Program-made: the position numbers and the translations under genes
Shown: positions 41,821 to 57,946 of the stretch, piece by piece
Layout of the letters: each line of letters opens with the position of its first letter
Numbering within the stretch: position 1 is the stretch's first letter
NCBI GenBank assembly: GCA_964016885.1
Contig: OZ024740.1
Span: 432,450,001 to 432,514,000, forward strand
Length of the DNA: 64,000 nt
Reading direction: 5' to 3'
DNA from: Eledone cirrhosa
Taxonomy: Eukaryota
Notes under the pieces: generated by a model
What the model was told of the DNA's origin: nothing
Database searches by the model: none
What the model saw: the letters and a program-made list of their open reading frames with translations, nothing else

Positions 41821-41872
<52 letters not shown>

Positions 41873-41964
41873 GTATGTATATATATATATATGTATGTAT
41901 ATATATATATATGTATGTATATATATATATATATGTATGTATATATATATATATATGTATGTAT

Positions 41965-42005
<41 letters not shown>

Positions 42006-42237
42006 TATGTATATATATATATGTATATATATATGTGTATATATATATATGTATATATATATATGTATATATGTATATATATATATGTATATATATATAT
42101 GTATATATATATATGTATGTATATATATGTATATGTATGTATATATGTATGTATATATGTATGTATATATATATGTATGTATATATATATGTATGTATAT
42201 ATGTATGTATATATATATGTATGTATATATATATATG

Positions 42238-42288
<51 letters not shown>

Positions 42289-42311
42289 GTATGTATATAT
42301 ATATATGTATG

Positions 42312-42376
<65 letters not shown>

Positions 42377-42477
42377 GTATGTATATATATATATGTATGT
42401 ATATATATATATGTATGTATATATATATATATGTATGTATATATATATATATATGTATGTATATATATATATGTATG

Positions 42478-42585
<108 letters not shown>

Positions 42586-42953
42586 TGTATGTATGTATGT
42601 ATATATATATATGTATGTATATATATATTTATGTATATATGTATGTATATATGTATGTATATATATATATGTATGTATATATATATATGTATGTATATAT
42701 ATATATGTATGTATATATATATGTATGTATATATATATGTATGTATATATATATGTATATATATATGTATGTATATATATATATGTATGTATATATATAT
42801 GTATGTATATATATATGTATGTTTATATATATGTATGTATATATATATATGTATGTATATATATATATGTATGTATATATATATGTATGTTTATATATAT
42901 GTATGTATATATATATGTATGTATATATATATGTATGTATATATATATGTATG

Positions 42954-43084
42954 CACTCACTGTAAATGAGGTTGGTGTTAGGAAGGGCATCCAGCTGTAG
43001 AAATCAAGCCAGAATCAGTTCCCGTCCCACCGTTGCAAGCAGGGAAAAGCGGACGTAAAAATGATGATGAAAAATGATGATGAT
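42954..43084 (+). mobile_element. RTE-subfamily 3' end with a degenerate (TGA)n tail
   Basis: GGTGTTAGGAAGGGCATCCAGCTGTAGAAA..GCGGACGTAAAA-ATGATG. Confidence 0.85.
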
Positions 43085-43235
43085 ATGTATGTATATATAT
43101 ATGTATGTATATATATATATATGTATGCATATATATATGTATGTATATATATATATATGTATGTATATATATATGTATGTATATATATATATATGTATGT
43201 ATATATATATATGTATGTATATATATATATGTATG

Positions 43236-43286
<51 letters not shown>

Positions 43287-43976
43287 GTATGTATATATAT
43301 ATATATGTATATATATATATGTATGTATATATATATGTATGTATATATATATGTATGTATATATATATATATGTATGTATATATATATATATGTATGTAT
43401 ATATATATATATGTATGTATATATATATATATGTATGTATGTATATATATATGTATGTATGTATATATATATGTATGTATGTATATATATATGTATGTAT
43501 GTATATATATATGTATGTATATATATATGTATGTATGTATATATATATGTATGTATATATATATGTATGTATGTATATATATATGTATGTATATATATAT
43601 GTATGTATGTATATATGTATGTATGTATATATATATGTATGTATTTATATATGTGTATGTATGTATATATATGTGTATGTATGTATATATATATGTATGT
43701 ATGTATATATATATGTATGTATGTATATATATATGTATGTATATATATATATATATGTATGGATGTATATATATATATATATATGTAATATATTAGGGAG
43801 TGAGAGAGCGAGAGGGACGTATATGTTAGAGAGAGTGGGAGTAATAGCGATTTTGATGGGCGAGAGAATCTATTTTTATGAATCCTGGAAAATTTTCAGC
43901 AGAGAGAGAGATTATTTAGAACAAGCGTGGCGAAGATTAATTTAGGGCAAGGATAGCAACAATTGTAGATATATAT

Positions 43977-45958
43977 GGGGTTGTTCCGAAGGACTGGCGT
44001 AGCAGCATCATCGTTAACTGTTACAAGGGTAAAGGAGACACCCTAGATAGGAGTAACTATAGAGGCATTAAATTAATCGACCAGTTCATGAAGGTCACGG
44101 AAAAAGTAATAGCACAACTAATCAGAGAGAGAATTGATCTAGATGAAATGCAGTTCGGGTTTGTGTCAGGCAAAAGTACCACAGACGCTCTTTTCATTGT
44201 ACGACAACTACAGGAGAAGTACCTAGCTAAAAGTAAACCCCTATACTTAGCTTTTGTCGACTTGGAGAAAGCCTTCGACAGAGTCCCCCGTTCCATTATC
44301 TGGTGGGCTCTTAGAAAACGAGGTGTTGACGAATGGCTTGTGAGAACTATACAAGCCATGTATAAAGAAACAGTCAGCAAGGTTAGAATTAACAAGGAAT
44401 ATAGTGAAGAGTTTAGCGTAAAAATTGGTGTCCATCAGAGCTCTGTTCTTAGCCCCCTACTATTTATTATTGCCCTTCAGGCTATAACAGAGGAGTTGAA
44501 GACCGGCTGCCCATGGGAACTCCTATACGCAGATGATCTAACGCTCATAGCTGAATCAATGGCCGAGCTAGAGAAGAAATTCCAAACATGGAAGCACGGC
44601 CTAGAATCAAAAGGCCTTAAAATTAACCTGGCTAAGACTAAAGTTCTAGTTTGTAAGAAAGAAAATAAGGCGGCTGTCCCTTCCGGGAAGTGGCCATGCT
44701 CAGTGTGTAGGAAAGGCGTAGGTAGAAACTCTATTTTATGTCCCAAATGCAAAGTATGGGTGCATAAAAGATGTAGTGGGATCACAGGTAAGCTAACTAA
44801 GAACATAGATTTTACATGTGGCAGGTGCTCTGGTGCAATAAGTAGCAGCAAGTGCCCACAAAATACTAGCTCTTTCAATTGCGCAGAGGGTTCTATAGAA
44901 ATAGTGGACAGCTTCCGTTACCTGGGTGACAAAATCAGCAGTGGAGGAGGGTGCTCCGAAAGTACAGTAGCTAGAGTCAGAACTGGATGGAAAAAGTTCA
45001 GAGAGCTTATACCACTATTAGCCGCTAAAGTGTTCTCCCTAAAAATGAAAGGCAGGTTGTATGATGCCTGCATACGAACAGCAATGTTGCATGGCAGTGA
45101 GACCTGGGCATTGTGTGCAGAGGATATACGCAGACTAGAGAGGAACGAAGCTTGCATGCTCCGCTGGATGTGTAATAGTAATATACGTGAACGGCAAAGC
45201 ATAAACGAACTAAGGAAAAAATTAGAAATAAGAGGGATCAGATGTTGTTTACTCGAGAGAAGGCTACGTTGGTATGGTCACGTGATGCGCATGAAAGACG
45301 ACAGCTGTATAACAAAGTGCAGGGCAATAAAGATAGATGGTAGCCACGGAGTAGGCAGACCCAGAAAAACCTGGGACGAGCTGATAAATTCCGAACTCAC
45401 ACACACCTCTCCAAGACAATGTCACTGGACCGAGACCTTTGGCGGTACTCAGTAATAGAGAAGACCCGCCTTACCTAAATACAAAGTAAAACCTACTACA
45501 GTTAGCAGGCATCTCTAACAAAATCCCCCCCCCCCCCCATCCACACTGCCCCTTTCAATGTAAAGTTATGTTGGTGCTACAACATCCAGGCCGAAACAAA
45601 TGAGGTCGTGTAGGTGTCACGACAAAAAGCACACAGTCCACGCTGTAATGTGGCCGTGTAGGCAACACGGTAAAAACCTCCCAGTCCCACACTGTAAATG
45701 TGGTTGGTGTTAGGAAGGGCATCCAGCTGTAGAAAATACGCCAGACAGTCCACGCTGTAATGTGGCCGTGTAGGCAACACGGTAAAAACCTCCTAGCCCC
45801 ACACTGTAAATGTGGTTGGTGTTAGGAAGGGCATCCAGCTGTAGAAAACTCGCCAGACAGTCCTATGCGAGCAAGACAACCACTCTTGCCTCAAGTGGGA
45901 AAACTCCCGTCCAAACCCATGCAAGCGTGGAACATGGACGTTAAACGATGATGATGAT
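43977..45958 (+). mobile_element. 5'-truncated RTE-PHD LINE with a 112-bp tandem duplication in the 3'UTR
   Basis: ORF 44088-45455; the duplicated block starts at 45634 and 45746. Confidence 0.96.
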
Positions 45959-46022
45959 ACATACATACATACATATATATACACATACATATATATATAC
46001 ATATATATACATACATACATAT

Positions 46023-46427
46023 GGTGGCTGCCAACTAGTTTTCGAGTACGGCCACTACTTTATATCCATGTAGGAGAACCCCTACCGATGCGCTGAACGA
46101 GTGTGACTTTTTAGTCCCCAGTGACTTGAAAACTCTGGTACAAACACTACACTTGTGACAATTATTGACACATAGTGCTGGGCCCATGGTACCATGTGAC
46201 GACAAGTGCAGAGAGATCTCCAGATATAAAGCAATGCCTGTGCCGTGAAGCTTTTATAGTGAGCAAAGGCACTGCACAAAGCCAGTCCCACTCTCTTAAC
46301 CAAGATGATATTTATCAAAAAGAACAAGTCAACATCATTGGATACCATCAGGGTTGCAGGTGTTATATCACAGTTTTCCTTCTCCTAGAATTCTGCCTTG
46401 ACAAAGGCTAAGGGGGTCATCTCTCCC
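46023..46427 (-). mobile_element. Non-autonomous bipartite element, copy 2 (inverted)
   Basis: Reverse complement of about 38318-38725; flanked by (CATA)n on both sides. Confidence 0.85.
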
Positions 46428-46575
46428 ATATACATACATATACATACATACATACATACATATACATATACATACATACGTATACATATATATATATATA
46501 CATACATATACATATATATATATATATACATGCATATACATATATATATATATACATACATATACATATATACAT

Positions 46576-48146
46576 AGAATTGTTTCTTGATGTCATTGAT
46601 ATTTGGCCCATACAACTTCAGGTCATCAACAAAGAAAAGATGGGAGATACTTCTGGGCCCACTTCTTTGTCCACCTTGTTTCCTGAGTAGGTAAGATAGT
46701 GGATTCAGTGAGAGAACGAAGAGTAGCACTGACAAGCTATCACCCTGAAAGATGCCCTTCTGGTAATGTATCTTATCAGTCTTAACCTGCTCCTTTTCAC
46801 CTCTAAGGATCAAACTGGTGTACCAGTTCTTGGTCAGGCGTTCAACAGCAGCTACCAATGGTTGTGGGACTTTAGCTAACTGTAAAGCCTTAACAATCCA
46901 CCCATGAGGTACACTATCAAATGCTTTTTGATAGTCCAGCCACACGACAGTCATGTTTCTGCGATTCTTTGTTGTTTTTTCCTGAATCATTTTGTTAGTT
47001 AGTAGGTGATCTATGCAACCCCACACCTCCCTCTTTCCACCAGCTTGCTCAGGTGTTATGATGTTGTTGGTAGCACAGTGATCCTGTAAGAACAGGTTAA
47101 GGCACCCAGTATATAATTTATACATGATGTTTTGGCAGGCAATTGGGCGGTAATTTTTAGCAAGGGTGGTTTGGCTATTTTTGGGAATGAGGAGAGTAGA
47201 GGCAGTTGATAACCATCTGGGCAGTTCTTGTGTGCCCTTAATGGTTTCTGTAAACAGCCGTATGAGATCTTGCCGATAGAAAGTGAAATTCTTCAACCAG
47301 TATCCTGTAATGAGGTCTGGGCCTGGCGATTTCCTATTCGACATTTTCTGTAGAGCTGTTTCCAGTATTGACCCATCTATGTCATATTGTTTTGTCTGGA
47401 CATGTTGGCAGTAGTCCTGTTCCAGTTCTTTTAGCCAATTAGCTTGTCTGTTGAATCCGTCATCCGTTTCCCATACAGATCTCCAGTAGCTCTCAACCTG
47501 TTCTTTTGAAGGGATGTCATTTACAGAGATTGAGCTTTTGCCACCGAAGCTGCGATAAACTGATTTAGGATCTCTGGCAAACAATCTATTTAGCACTTGT
47601 CGTTTATGTGCTGTTGACTTATATTTCAGTCTTTCTGTTGTAGCTGTGAGTTGTTGTTTCAACTGGTGTAATTTGGAGTTCAAAGTTTTAAATTTTGTAT
47701 CTCCAAATCGTCTCTCTAACTTTTTCTTTAGGTCTTCCTGGTGTCGTGTGAGGTTGCTCTCTATGTTGCATTTTATAACGACTGCGATGTGTGAGATACT
47801 TCGTCTCAGGGACAAAATTTTGGATTTTAAATTTCGCATCCACGCTGGTTCAGGCTTTCTGCTTGTATCTTGATTGCGTGGTTTTAGATGTGTGTTATAT
47901 GATAGCAATGTGACAGCTGAAACATATAACAAAACATTAAGCGTTTCAAATGTCGTTTCTACACCTTTAGATCGTATAGCCTTCAGATAACTGCCAACTA
48001 TTTCGTTCACCGCTTCCAATTCCAATTTAGTGGGTTCTTTACTGACTCTAGTGTTGTATGGTCTGTCACTCACATTAAGGCTGTGTATCTCTTGAAACAT
48101 ATTGTTCCATATCACTTGTAGGGAGCCCACAAGTTTTTGGTGCTCT
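46576..48146 (-). mobile_element. Internal RT fragment of an R4/Dong-clade LINE
   Basis: Open ORF with KSPGPD..GYWLK, NYRPIAC, WLDYQKAFDSVPH, GIFQGDSLS, SHLFFVDDLKLY; both ends abut microsatellite. Confidence 0.93.
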
Positions 48147-48260
48147 GTATGTATGTATGTATGTATGTATGTATGTATGTATGTATGTATGTATGTCTCT
48201 GTCTGTATGTATGTATGTATGTATGTATATATGTATGTATGTATATATATATGTATGTAT

Positions 48261-48862
48261 GGTCAAGTCACCAGTTGGTGCTACTGGTAACACGTATCCC
48301 AGTACAACCTGTCTCATGGTCGGGTCGTTGGCGACTAAACTGGCAACCCCACCAAGGTTTCTTGGTGAGGAGGGTGACTTTGGACATCCTGCAGGACTAA
48401 AAACAAAACCTGTCAAAGCAGCTCTTAAGAGTCAATGGCTATCCAAAATCACCAGGAGAGATGACCCCTTAGCCTTTGTCAAGGCAGAATTCTAGGAGAA
48501 GGAAAACTCTGATATAACACCTGCAACTCTGATGGTATCCAATGATGTTGACTTGTTCTTCTTTTTGGTAAATATCATCTTGGTTAAGAGAGTGGGACTG
48601 GCTTTGTGCAGTGCATTTGCTCACTATAAAAGCTTCACGGCACAGGCATTGCTTTATATCTGGTGATCTCTCTGCACTTGTCGTCACATGGTACCATGGG
48701 CCCAGCACTATGTGTCAATAATTGTCACAGGTGTAGTGTTTGTACCAGAGCTTTCAAGTCGCTGGCTGGACTAAAAAGTCACATTCGTTCAGCGCTTCGG
48801 TAGGGGTTCTCCTACATGGATATAAAGTAGTGGCCGTACTCGAAAACGAGTTGGCAGCCACC
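48261..48862 (+). mobile_element. Non-autonomous bipartite element, copy 3 (about 600 bp, among the longest)
   Basis: Same family, with an extended 5' part. Confidence 0.85.
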
Positions 48863-49107
48863 ATGTATATATATATATATGTATATATATATGTATGTAT
48901 ATATATATATGTATATATATATATGTATATATATATATGTATGTATATATATATATGTATATATATATATGTATGTATATATATATATGTATGTATATAT
49001 ATATATGTATATATATATATGTATGTATATATATATATGTATGTATATATATATATGTATGTATATATATATATATATGTATATATATGTATGTATGTAT
49101 ATATATG

Positions 49108-49153
<46 letters not shown>

Positions 49154-49180
49154 TATGTATGTATATATATATATGTATGT

Positions 49181-49309
<129 letters not shown>

Positions 49310-49755
49310 TGTATGTATATATATATATGTATGTATATATATATATGTATATATATATATGTATGTATATGTATGTATGTATATATGTATGTATATATGT
49401 ATGTATGTATATATGTATGTATATATGTATGTATATATATATGTATGTATATATATATGTATGTATATATATATGTATGTATATATATATGTATGTATAT
49501 ATATATGTATGTATATATATATGTATGTATATATATATGTATGTATATATATATGTATGTATATATATATGTATGTATATATATATGTATATATATATGT
49601 ATATATATATGTATGTATATATATATGTATATATATATGTATGTATATATATATGTATATATATATGTATGTATATATATATGTATATATATATGTATGT
49701 ATATATATATGTATATATATATGTATATATATATGTATGTATATATATATGTATG

Positions 49756-49787
<32 letters not shown>

Positions 49788-49857
49788 TGTATGTATATAT
49801 ATATGTATGTATATATATATGTATGTATATATATATGTATGTATATATATATATATG

Positions 49858-49897
<40 letters not shown>

Positions 49898-49901
49898 TAT
49901 G

Positions 49902-49980
<79 letters not shown>

Positions 49981-49985
49981 GTATG

Positions 49986-50016
<31 letters not shown>

Positions 50017-50085
50017 GTATATATGTATGTGTATATATATGTATGTATATGTATGTATGTATGTGTATATATGTATGTATATATA

Positions 50086-53000
50086 CAACTTTGAATAACT
50101 TTGAAATGTTTTGGCCAGTATTGGCCCAGGCCATGTCTAACTTAATAGCACCACCTGGCGAAGTCTTTCAATTCAGGATTTGGGCACCATGGCCCATTCG
50201 AGAAGAGAATTACTGTTTGCGGAGACATATCCGGGTGTGGGTGGTTTGTCCGGGATTACTTGGAGGAATTTGTCCAAAGACTTCTTGAATTTTGTGTGGT
50301 CAGTTTCTGTTTTGACGTGTCCTGGTGTGATGTTGAAGAGAGCAGGGCCGATTGAGGTGAAATAATTGTGCCGTATTGTTGTTATGAATTGCGATTTAGA
50401 TTTTTGAATGGGACGGATAGCACGGGGCCCAAGCCTTGGGTGTATCTTGAAGGCGATGCCAACATCATTTGGGCAGTGATGATGGAACATTTTCCACATC
50501 ATGCAGATAATATAACGCTCACGGCGACGTTGGAGTGAGTAAAGTTTCAGGTTTTCTAATCGACCCCAGTAGTCAAGGTCTGACATGCCATCTATCTTTT
50601 TCGTGATTGCCCTTTGAGGAGCTTCAAGTTTCATGATACTTTGTTTCGTGTGGGGAGACCACAGTGGACAACAGTATTCAAGGTGTGGTCGGGCAAAAGT
50701 AGAGAAGAGAAGGATAATGGTGCGGGAATCTCTCGACTGGAAGGTTCTGAGGATCCAGGAACACATTCTGCGGGCCATGTCAACTTTGCTGCTTATATGC
50801 GTGGTCCAGCTTATGTTGCTGTCCACGGTTACTCCCAAGTCTCTGATGTTGTTAGATGCCACGAGAGTTTCCCCGGAGGGAAGGGAGTACGGGAGTTTCA
50901 GAGCATCCTCTTTTCCAAAGTGGATCAGTTCGAATTTGTCTTCGTTCAGTAACATGTTGTTCTTTTCTGCCCATTGGGTAACAGCCAGTAGGTCTGACTG
51001 AAGGCTTATCCGGTCATCCACGCCATTGATGACCTTTTGGAGCTTGGAATCATCAGCGAAAATTTTAATGTTGCTGTGTTTAATGATGTCAGTGATGTCA
51101 TTAATATAGATGATGAAGAGAAGTGGGCCCAACACAGTGCCTTGTGGGACCCCACTACTGACTTTGGCTGGGCTTGATTTGACTCCCTCAACTACAACAT
51201 GTTGGGTTCTGTTTGACAGGAAGCTCTTGATCCACTGCAGCAGCTTTCCAGTGACACCAATATTGGACAGCTTTCTCAGTAGAATGTTATGATCAACCCT
51301 GTCAAAGGCCTTGCTGAAATCAAGGTAGATAACATCAGTGTTGGAACCCTCTCCCAAGGCTCTTAAAATGTCATCAAAGTGATGCAGTAGCTGCGTCAGG
51401 CAATCCCTTCCATTACGGAATCCATGCTGGTTGGAGTTCAGCATATTGTTACTCTCAAGGAAGTGGGTCATTCGCGATCTCACCACTCTCTCAAATACCT
51501 TAATGATATGAGAGGTGAGTGAGATTGGACGGTAATTCACGGCAAGGGATTTGTTTCCCTTTTTGAAAACTGGGACAACAGACTGGGATAGAAGGTTTTC
51601 TGGCACATATCCAGCATCCAGTGAGTTCCGCCACAGATTGGCAAGAGGAGATGCAAGTTGGTGTTGACACGCCTTCAAGACACAAGCAGGGACCTACTGC
51701 TGAATTATGCTTGATTTCCTTTATTGCCGCTAAGACATCAGGGGCGCCAAACGTTATGTCCGATAAGGTGTAATGGGGAGTAACATCGCCGATACAGCCC
51801 AGATCGGCCATATCAGGATTGCTGAAAACAGAGCAGTATTGTTTCTGCAGTATCTCACCCATGGTTTTAGCATTGTCTTGAAGAGTGCCATTTTCATCAA
51901 TTAGAGGGCCAACAGTAGAGCCAGTGATTTTGTGTTTTTTTGCAAATGAAAAGAACACTTTGGGATTGAGTTTGATCTTCTCAATGGCCCAGGCCTCCTC
52001 AGCTCTTCTCGGATTGTTGATGAGGGACATTATGTTGTTTTGGAGGTTATGTTTTTTAATCTCTAGTGATGAAATGGCAGTTAAGTTGATGTGTTGCTGC
52101 TGACAGTATTTCAGCTTGTTGATTTTTTTGTTCGTTCTCTTAATTTTTCTGATGAGCGTTTTTCTATTTCTCGGGATTCTGCTCTTAGATTTGTTTATAG
52201 TTCTTAATGGGGTGTGTTTAGCACATATGTTTGTAACAGTGTCCACAAATGTCTGCCAGGACTTTTTGATGTTAGTGGGTGTATGAGTGTGCGTGAAGGA
52301 CCAGTCGACATGTGCAAGATCATGACTGATCGCTTCCCAGTTTGCATTGTGGAAATCCATAGCGTCAAACGGATGGACAGGAGAGATGACATTGGGTTTG
52401 TATATTGGACGGTGGAATCTCAGATCACAGAGAACCATGTCATGATCAGAGAGTAGAGTTTTCTCCACTGCAATATTGTGGATATTGTCAGTGTGATTGC
52501 TGAAAATTAAGTCTAGGACGTTTTTGTGGCACCTCGTTGGTTCGAGCACCAGTTGGGATAGGAAGAAATCATCCATGAAGTCAAGAAGCGATTCCACAGC
52601 TTCCCTGTCAGAGGTTGAGGCAGAAGAACCTGGTGGCAGGCTGTTTGTGGACCAGTCAACTCCGGGGAGGTTGAAGTCCCCCATCATTAAGATGTTGTCA
52701 GGGTGACACTCTTGGATGAAACACTTTATGCTGTTGAGGCATTCCTTGAAGCATGGTACAGGCGTTTGGGGTGGCCTATAGAGCCCAACTACTAATAGGT
52801 TGTTGGTTTGACTGAATACAGTGACTGCCTCACAGTATCCGTTAGTGAATATGTTCATAGCCTCTGTTGAGAAAGAATTATGGACATAAATGGCAGTTCC
52901 GCCCTTTCTTCTGCCAGCGCGATCAGCACGGATGGCTTTGAAATTTTTCACTTTCACCTCGGCTTCCAAGTGGAGGTTACTGAGATGGGTTTCAGTGAGG

Positions 53001-53608
53001 ACGAAGAAAGGGATGTGGTTTGGATGGACATCAATCCAGTCCTCCAGGAATTTGATCTTCCATTTTTGAGTATTGGTGGAAGGGCTGATGCCTTGGGCGT
53101 TAAGCAAAAATGTAGAGGCGAGAGTGGATGGTTTTAATTGTTTTGGTGTGTTGTTAATTTGTTTGTTTGTTAATGGCAGCAATGGGAGTTTGTGCAGTGG
53201 GGTGATAGTGGAGGGTGGTGCTGGGTGATAGTTGAATGTTTTTTTCCAGTTCTTTTGCCAGATTCATTATGGCTAAAAAAGAGGAAGAAGTTTCCTGTTT
53301 AGAAGACTGTTGGTGACTGTGGTAGTGGTTATTTTTATGTAGGTTATGGTTTTTGTTTTTGCTTTTATTTTTAATTTTATTTTCATTTGTCCGACGGGTC
53401 CCCGGGAGATGGGTAAAGGGACAATCCCGGTCTAAACACAATCTGTCTCGCAGGGAAAAGCGGCAGATTTGTGGATTCCTTGTTTGAGTTATTGGTGGTT
53501 GTGTTGGTGTTAAATTAGAGTATGTAATAAGGTGGTGGCTGTTTGTGGGGATAGATCGTTTTGTCCTAGGTAAATGGGTGAATTTGCAGCCACTATCCGT
53601 ACATATTC
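50086..53608 (-). mobile_element. CR1/L2-group LINE: end of ORF1 (CCCH-like fingers), near-intact APE-RT ORF2 with one frameshift, short tandem tail
   Basis: ORFs 51500-53182 (LTETHL, GGTAIYV, LYRPP, MGDFNLP, LDLIF, SDH) and 50173-51678 (NYRPISL, QHGF, YLDFSKAFD, GVPQGTVLGP, FADD, RPHLEYC). Tail (TTCAAAGTT.)x2. Confidence 0.93.
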
Positions 53609-53640
53609 TATATATATATGTATGTATATATATATGTATG

Positions 53641-53671
<31 letters not shown>

Positions 53672-53682
53672 GTATATATATG

Positions 53683-53713
<31 letters not shown>

Positions 53714-53850
53714 GTATGTATATATATATGTATGTATATATATATGTATGTATATATATATGTATGTATATATATATATGTATGTATATATATATATGTA
53801 TGTATGTATATATATGTATGTATGTATGTATATATATATATGTATGTATG

Positions 53851-53881
<31 letters not shown>

Positions 53882-53892
53882 GTATATATATG

Positions 53893-53942
<50 letters not shown>

Positions 53943-54288
53943 TATGTATGTATATATGTATATATATATATATATATGTATATATATGTATATATATATA
54001 TATATGTATGTATATATGTATATATATATATATATATATGTATGTATATATGTATATATATATATATATATATGTATGTATATATGTATATATATATATA
54101 TATATATGTATGTATATATGTATATATATATATATATATGTATGTATATATGTATATATATATATATATATGTATGTATATATGTATATATATATATATA
54201 TATGTATGTATATATGTATATATGTATATATATATGTATATATATATATATGTATGTATATATGTATATATATATGTATATATATATG

Positions 54289-54337
<49 letters not shown>

Positions 54338-54376
54338 GTGTATATATATATATGTGTATATATATATATATGTGTG

Positions 54377-54407
<31 letters not shown>

Positions 54408-54420
54408 GTATATATATATG

Positions 54421-54785
<365 letters not shown>

Positions 54786-54820
54786 GTATATATATGTATA
54801 TGTATATATATATGTATATG

Positions 54821-55027
<207 letters not shown>

Positions 55028-55041
55028 GTATATATATAATG

Positions 55042-55152
<111 letters not shown>

Positions 55153-55209
55153 GTATATATGTATATATGTATATATGTATATATGTATATATGTATATAT
55201 GTATATATG

Positions 55210-55370
<161 letters not shown>

Positions 55371-55387
55371 GTATATATGTATATATG

Positions 55388-55482
<95 letters not shown>

Positions 55483-55543
55483 GTATATATATGTATATAT
55501 ATATGTATATATATATATATGTATATATATGTATATATATATG

Positions 55544-55574
<31 letters not shown>

Positions 55575-55649
55575 GTATGTATATATATATGTATGTATAT
55601 ATATATGTATGTATATATGTATGTATGTATATATATATATATATGTATG

Positions 55650-55680
<31 letters not shown>

Positions 55681-56055
55681 GTATATATATATGTATATAT
55701 ATATGTATATATATATATATGTATATATATATGTATATATATGTATATATATATATATGTATATATATATGTATATATATATATATGTATATATATATGT
55801 ATATATATATGTATATATATATGTATATATATATGTATATATATATGTATATATATATGTATATATATATGTATATATATATGTATGTATATATATATGT
55901 ATATATATATATGTATATATATATGTATATATATATGTATATATATATGTATATATATATATATGTATATATATATATGTATGTATATATATATATGTAT
56001 GTATATATATATGTATGTATATATGTATGTATGTATATATATATATATATGTATG

Positions 56056-56086
<31 letters not shown>

Positions 56087-56091
56087 GTATG

Positions 56092-56122
<31 letters not shown>

Positions 56123-56533
56123 GTATATATATATGTATATATATATGTATATATATATATATGTATATATATATGTATATATATGTATATATATATATAT
56201 GTATATATATATGTATATATATATATATGTATATATATATGTATATATATATGTATATATATATGTATATATATATGTATATATATATGTATATATATAT
56301 GTATATATATATGTATGTATATATATATGTATATATATATATGTATATATATATGTATATATATATGTATATATATATGTATATATATATATGTATGTAT
56401 ATATATATATGTATGTATATATATATGTATGTATATATATATGTATGTATATATATATGTATGTATATATGTATGTATATATGTATGTATGTATATATAT
56501 ATATGTATATATATATATGTATATATATATATG

Positions 56534-56608
<75 letters not shown>

Positions 56609-56609
56609 G

Positions 56610-56684
<75 letters not shown>

Positions 56685-56845
56685 GTATGTATATATATAT
56701 ATGTATATATATATGTATGTATATATATATATGTATATATATATATGTATGTATATATATATATGTATGTATATATATATATGTATGTATATATATATAT
56801 GTATGTATATATATATATGTATGTATATATGTATGTATATATATG

Positions 56846-56877
<32 letters not shown>

Positions 56878-56932
56878 TATGTATGTATATATATATATGT
56901 ATATATATATATGTATGTATATATATATATGT

Positions 56933-57086
<154 letters not shown>

Positions 57087-57341
57087 GTATGTATGTATAT
57101 ATATATATATCTATGTATATATATATATATATCTATGTATATATATATATATCTATGTATATATATATATATCTATGTATATATATATATATCTATGTAT
57201 ATATATATATATCTATGTATATATATATATATATCTATGTATATATATATATATCTATGTATGTATATATATATGTATGTATGTATATATATATGTATGT
57301 ATATATATATGTATGTATGTATATATATATATGTATGTATG

Positions 57342-57414
<73 letters not shown>

Positions 57415-57444
57415 ATATATGTATGTATGTATATATATGTATAT

Positions 57445-57848
57445 GTTTTCTCTTTCTCTTAATTTCGAGTATATTTTTTTGACCGGCCACCTTCCTGGTG
57501 GCAAGGTTGTAAAAGAAAAGAAATTGTCATCCCTTGAATCGCAAGAATGTTTTGCAAATTTCGAAGGTGCCAGCTATCGCAGCCATTTGTAGACTATGAA
57601 TTAGGGAGCTGCGCTTTTTGTCCGCAAATCCAAGTTCAGTCATACTTTGGTCCAAGCGGGTTGGTATATAACCCGTAGCACCAATAATGATGGGTATGAA
57701 GCTAAAGGTGTATCTTGGATACTGGATTTGTAAACTCCTCATCAATGGTCCGTAGTTGTCCTCCTTCTCCTGTATTTTTCTGACAACGTTTACATCAAGT
57801 GGGCAGTTGATCTCCACAACAGAACACGTTTTCCATGTGTGGTCCCAT
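57445..57848 (-). mobile_element. R4/Dong-clade 3' fragment, near-identical to 36969-37373
   Basis: Same 3'UTR and C-terminus (..[10 protein letters not shown]). Confidence 0.93.
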
Positions 57849-57893
57849 GTATGTATGTATATATATATATGTATGTATGTATGTATATATGTA

Positions 57894-57929
<36 letters not shown>

Positions 57930-57946
57930 TGTATATATGTATATAT

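Noticed and set aside
48261-48350. HDV-like ribozyme at the 5' end of the short element
   Set aside because: P2-, P4- and CTAA-like parts can be drawn, but I could not build canonical P1, P3 and L3 by eye. Left unclaimed pending a structure search.
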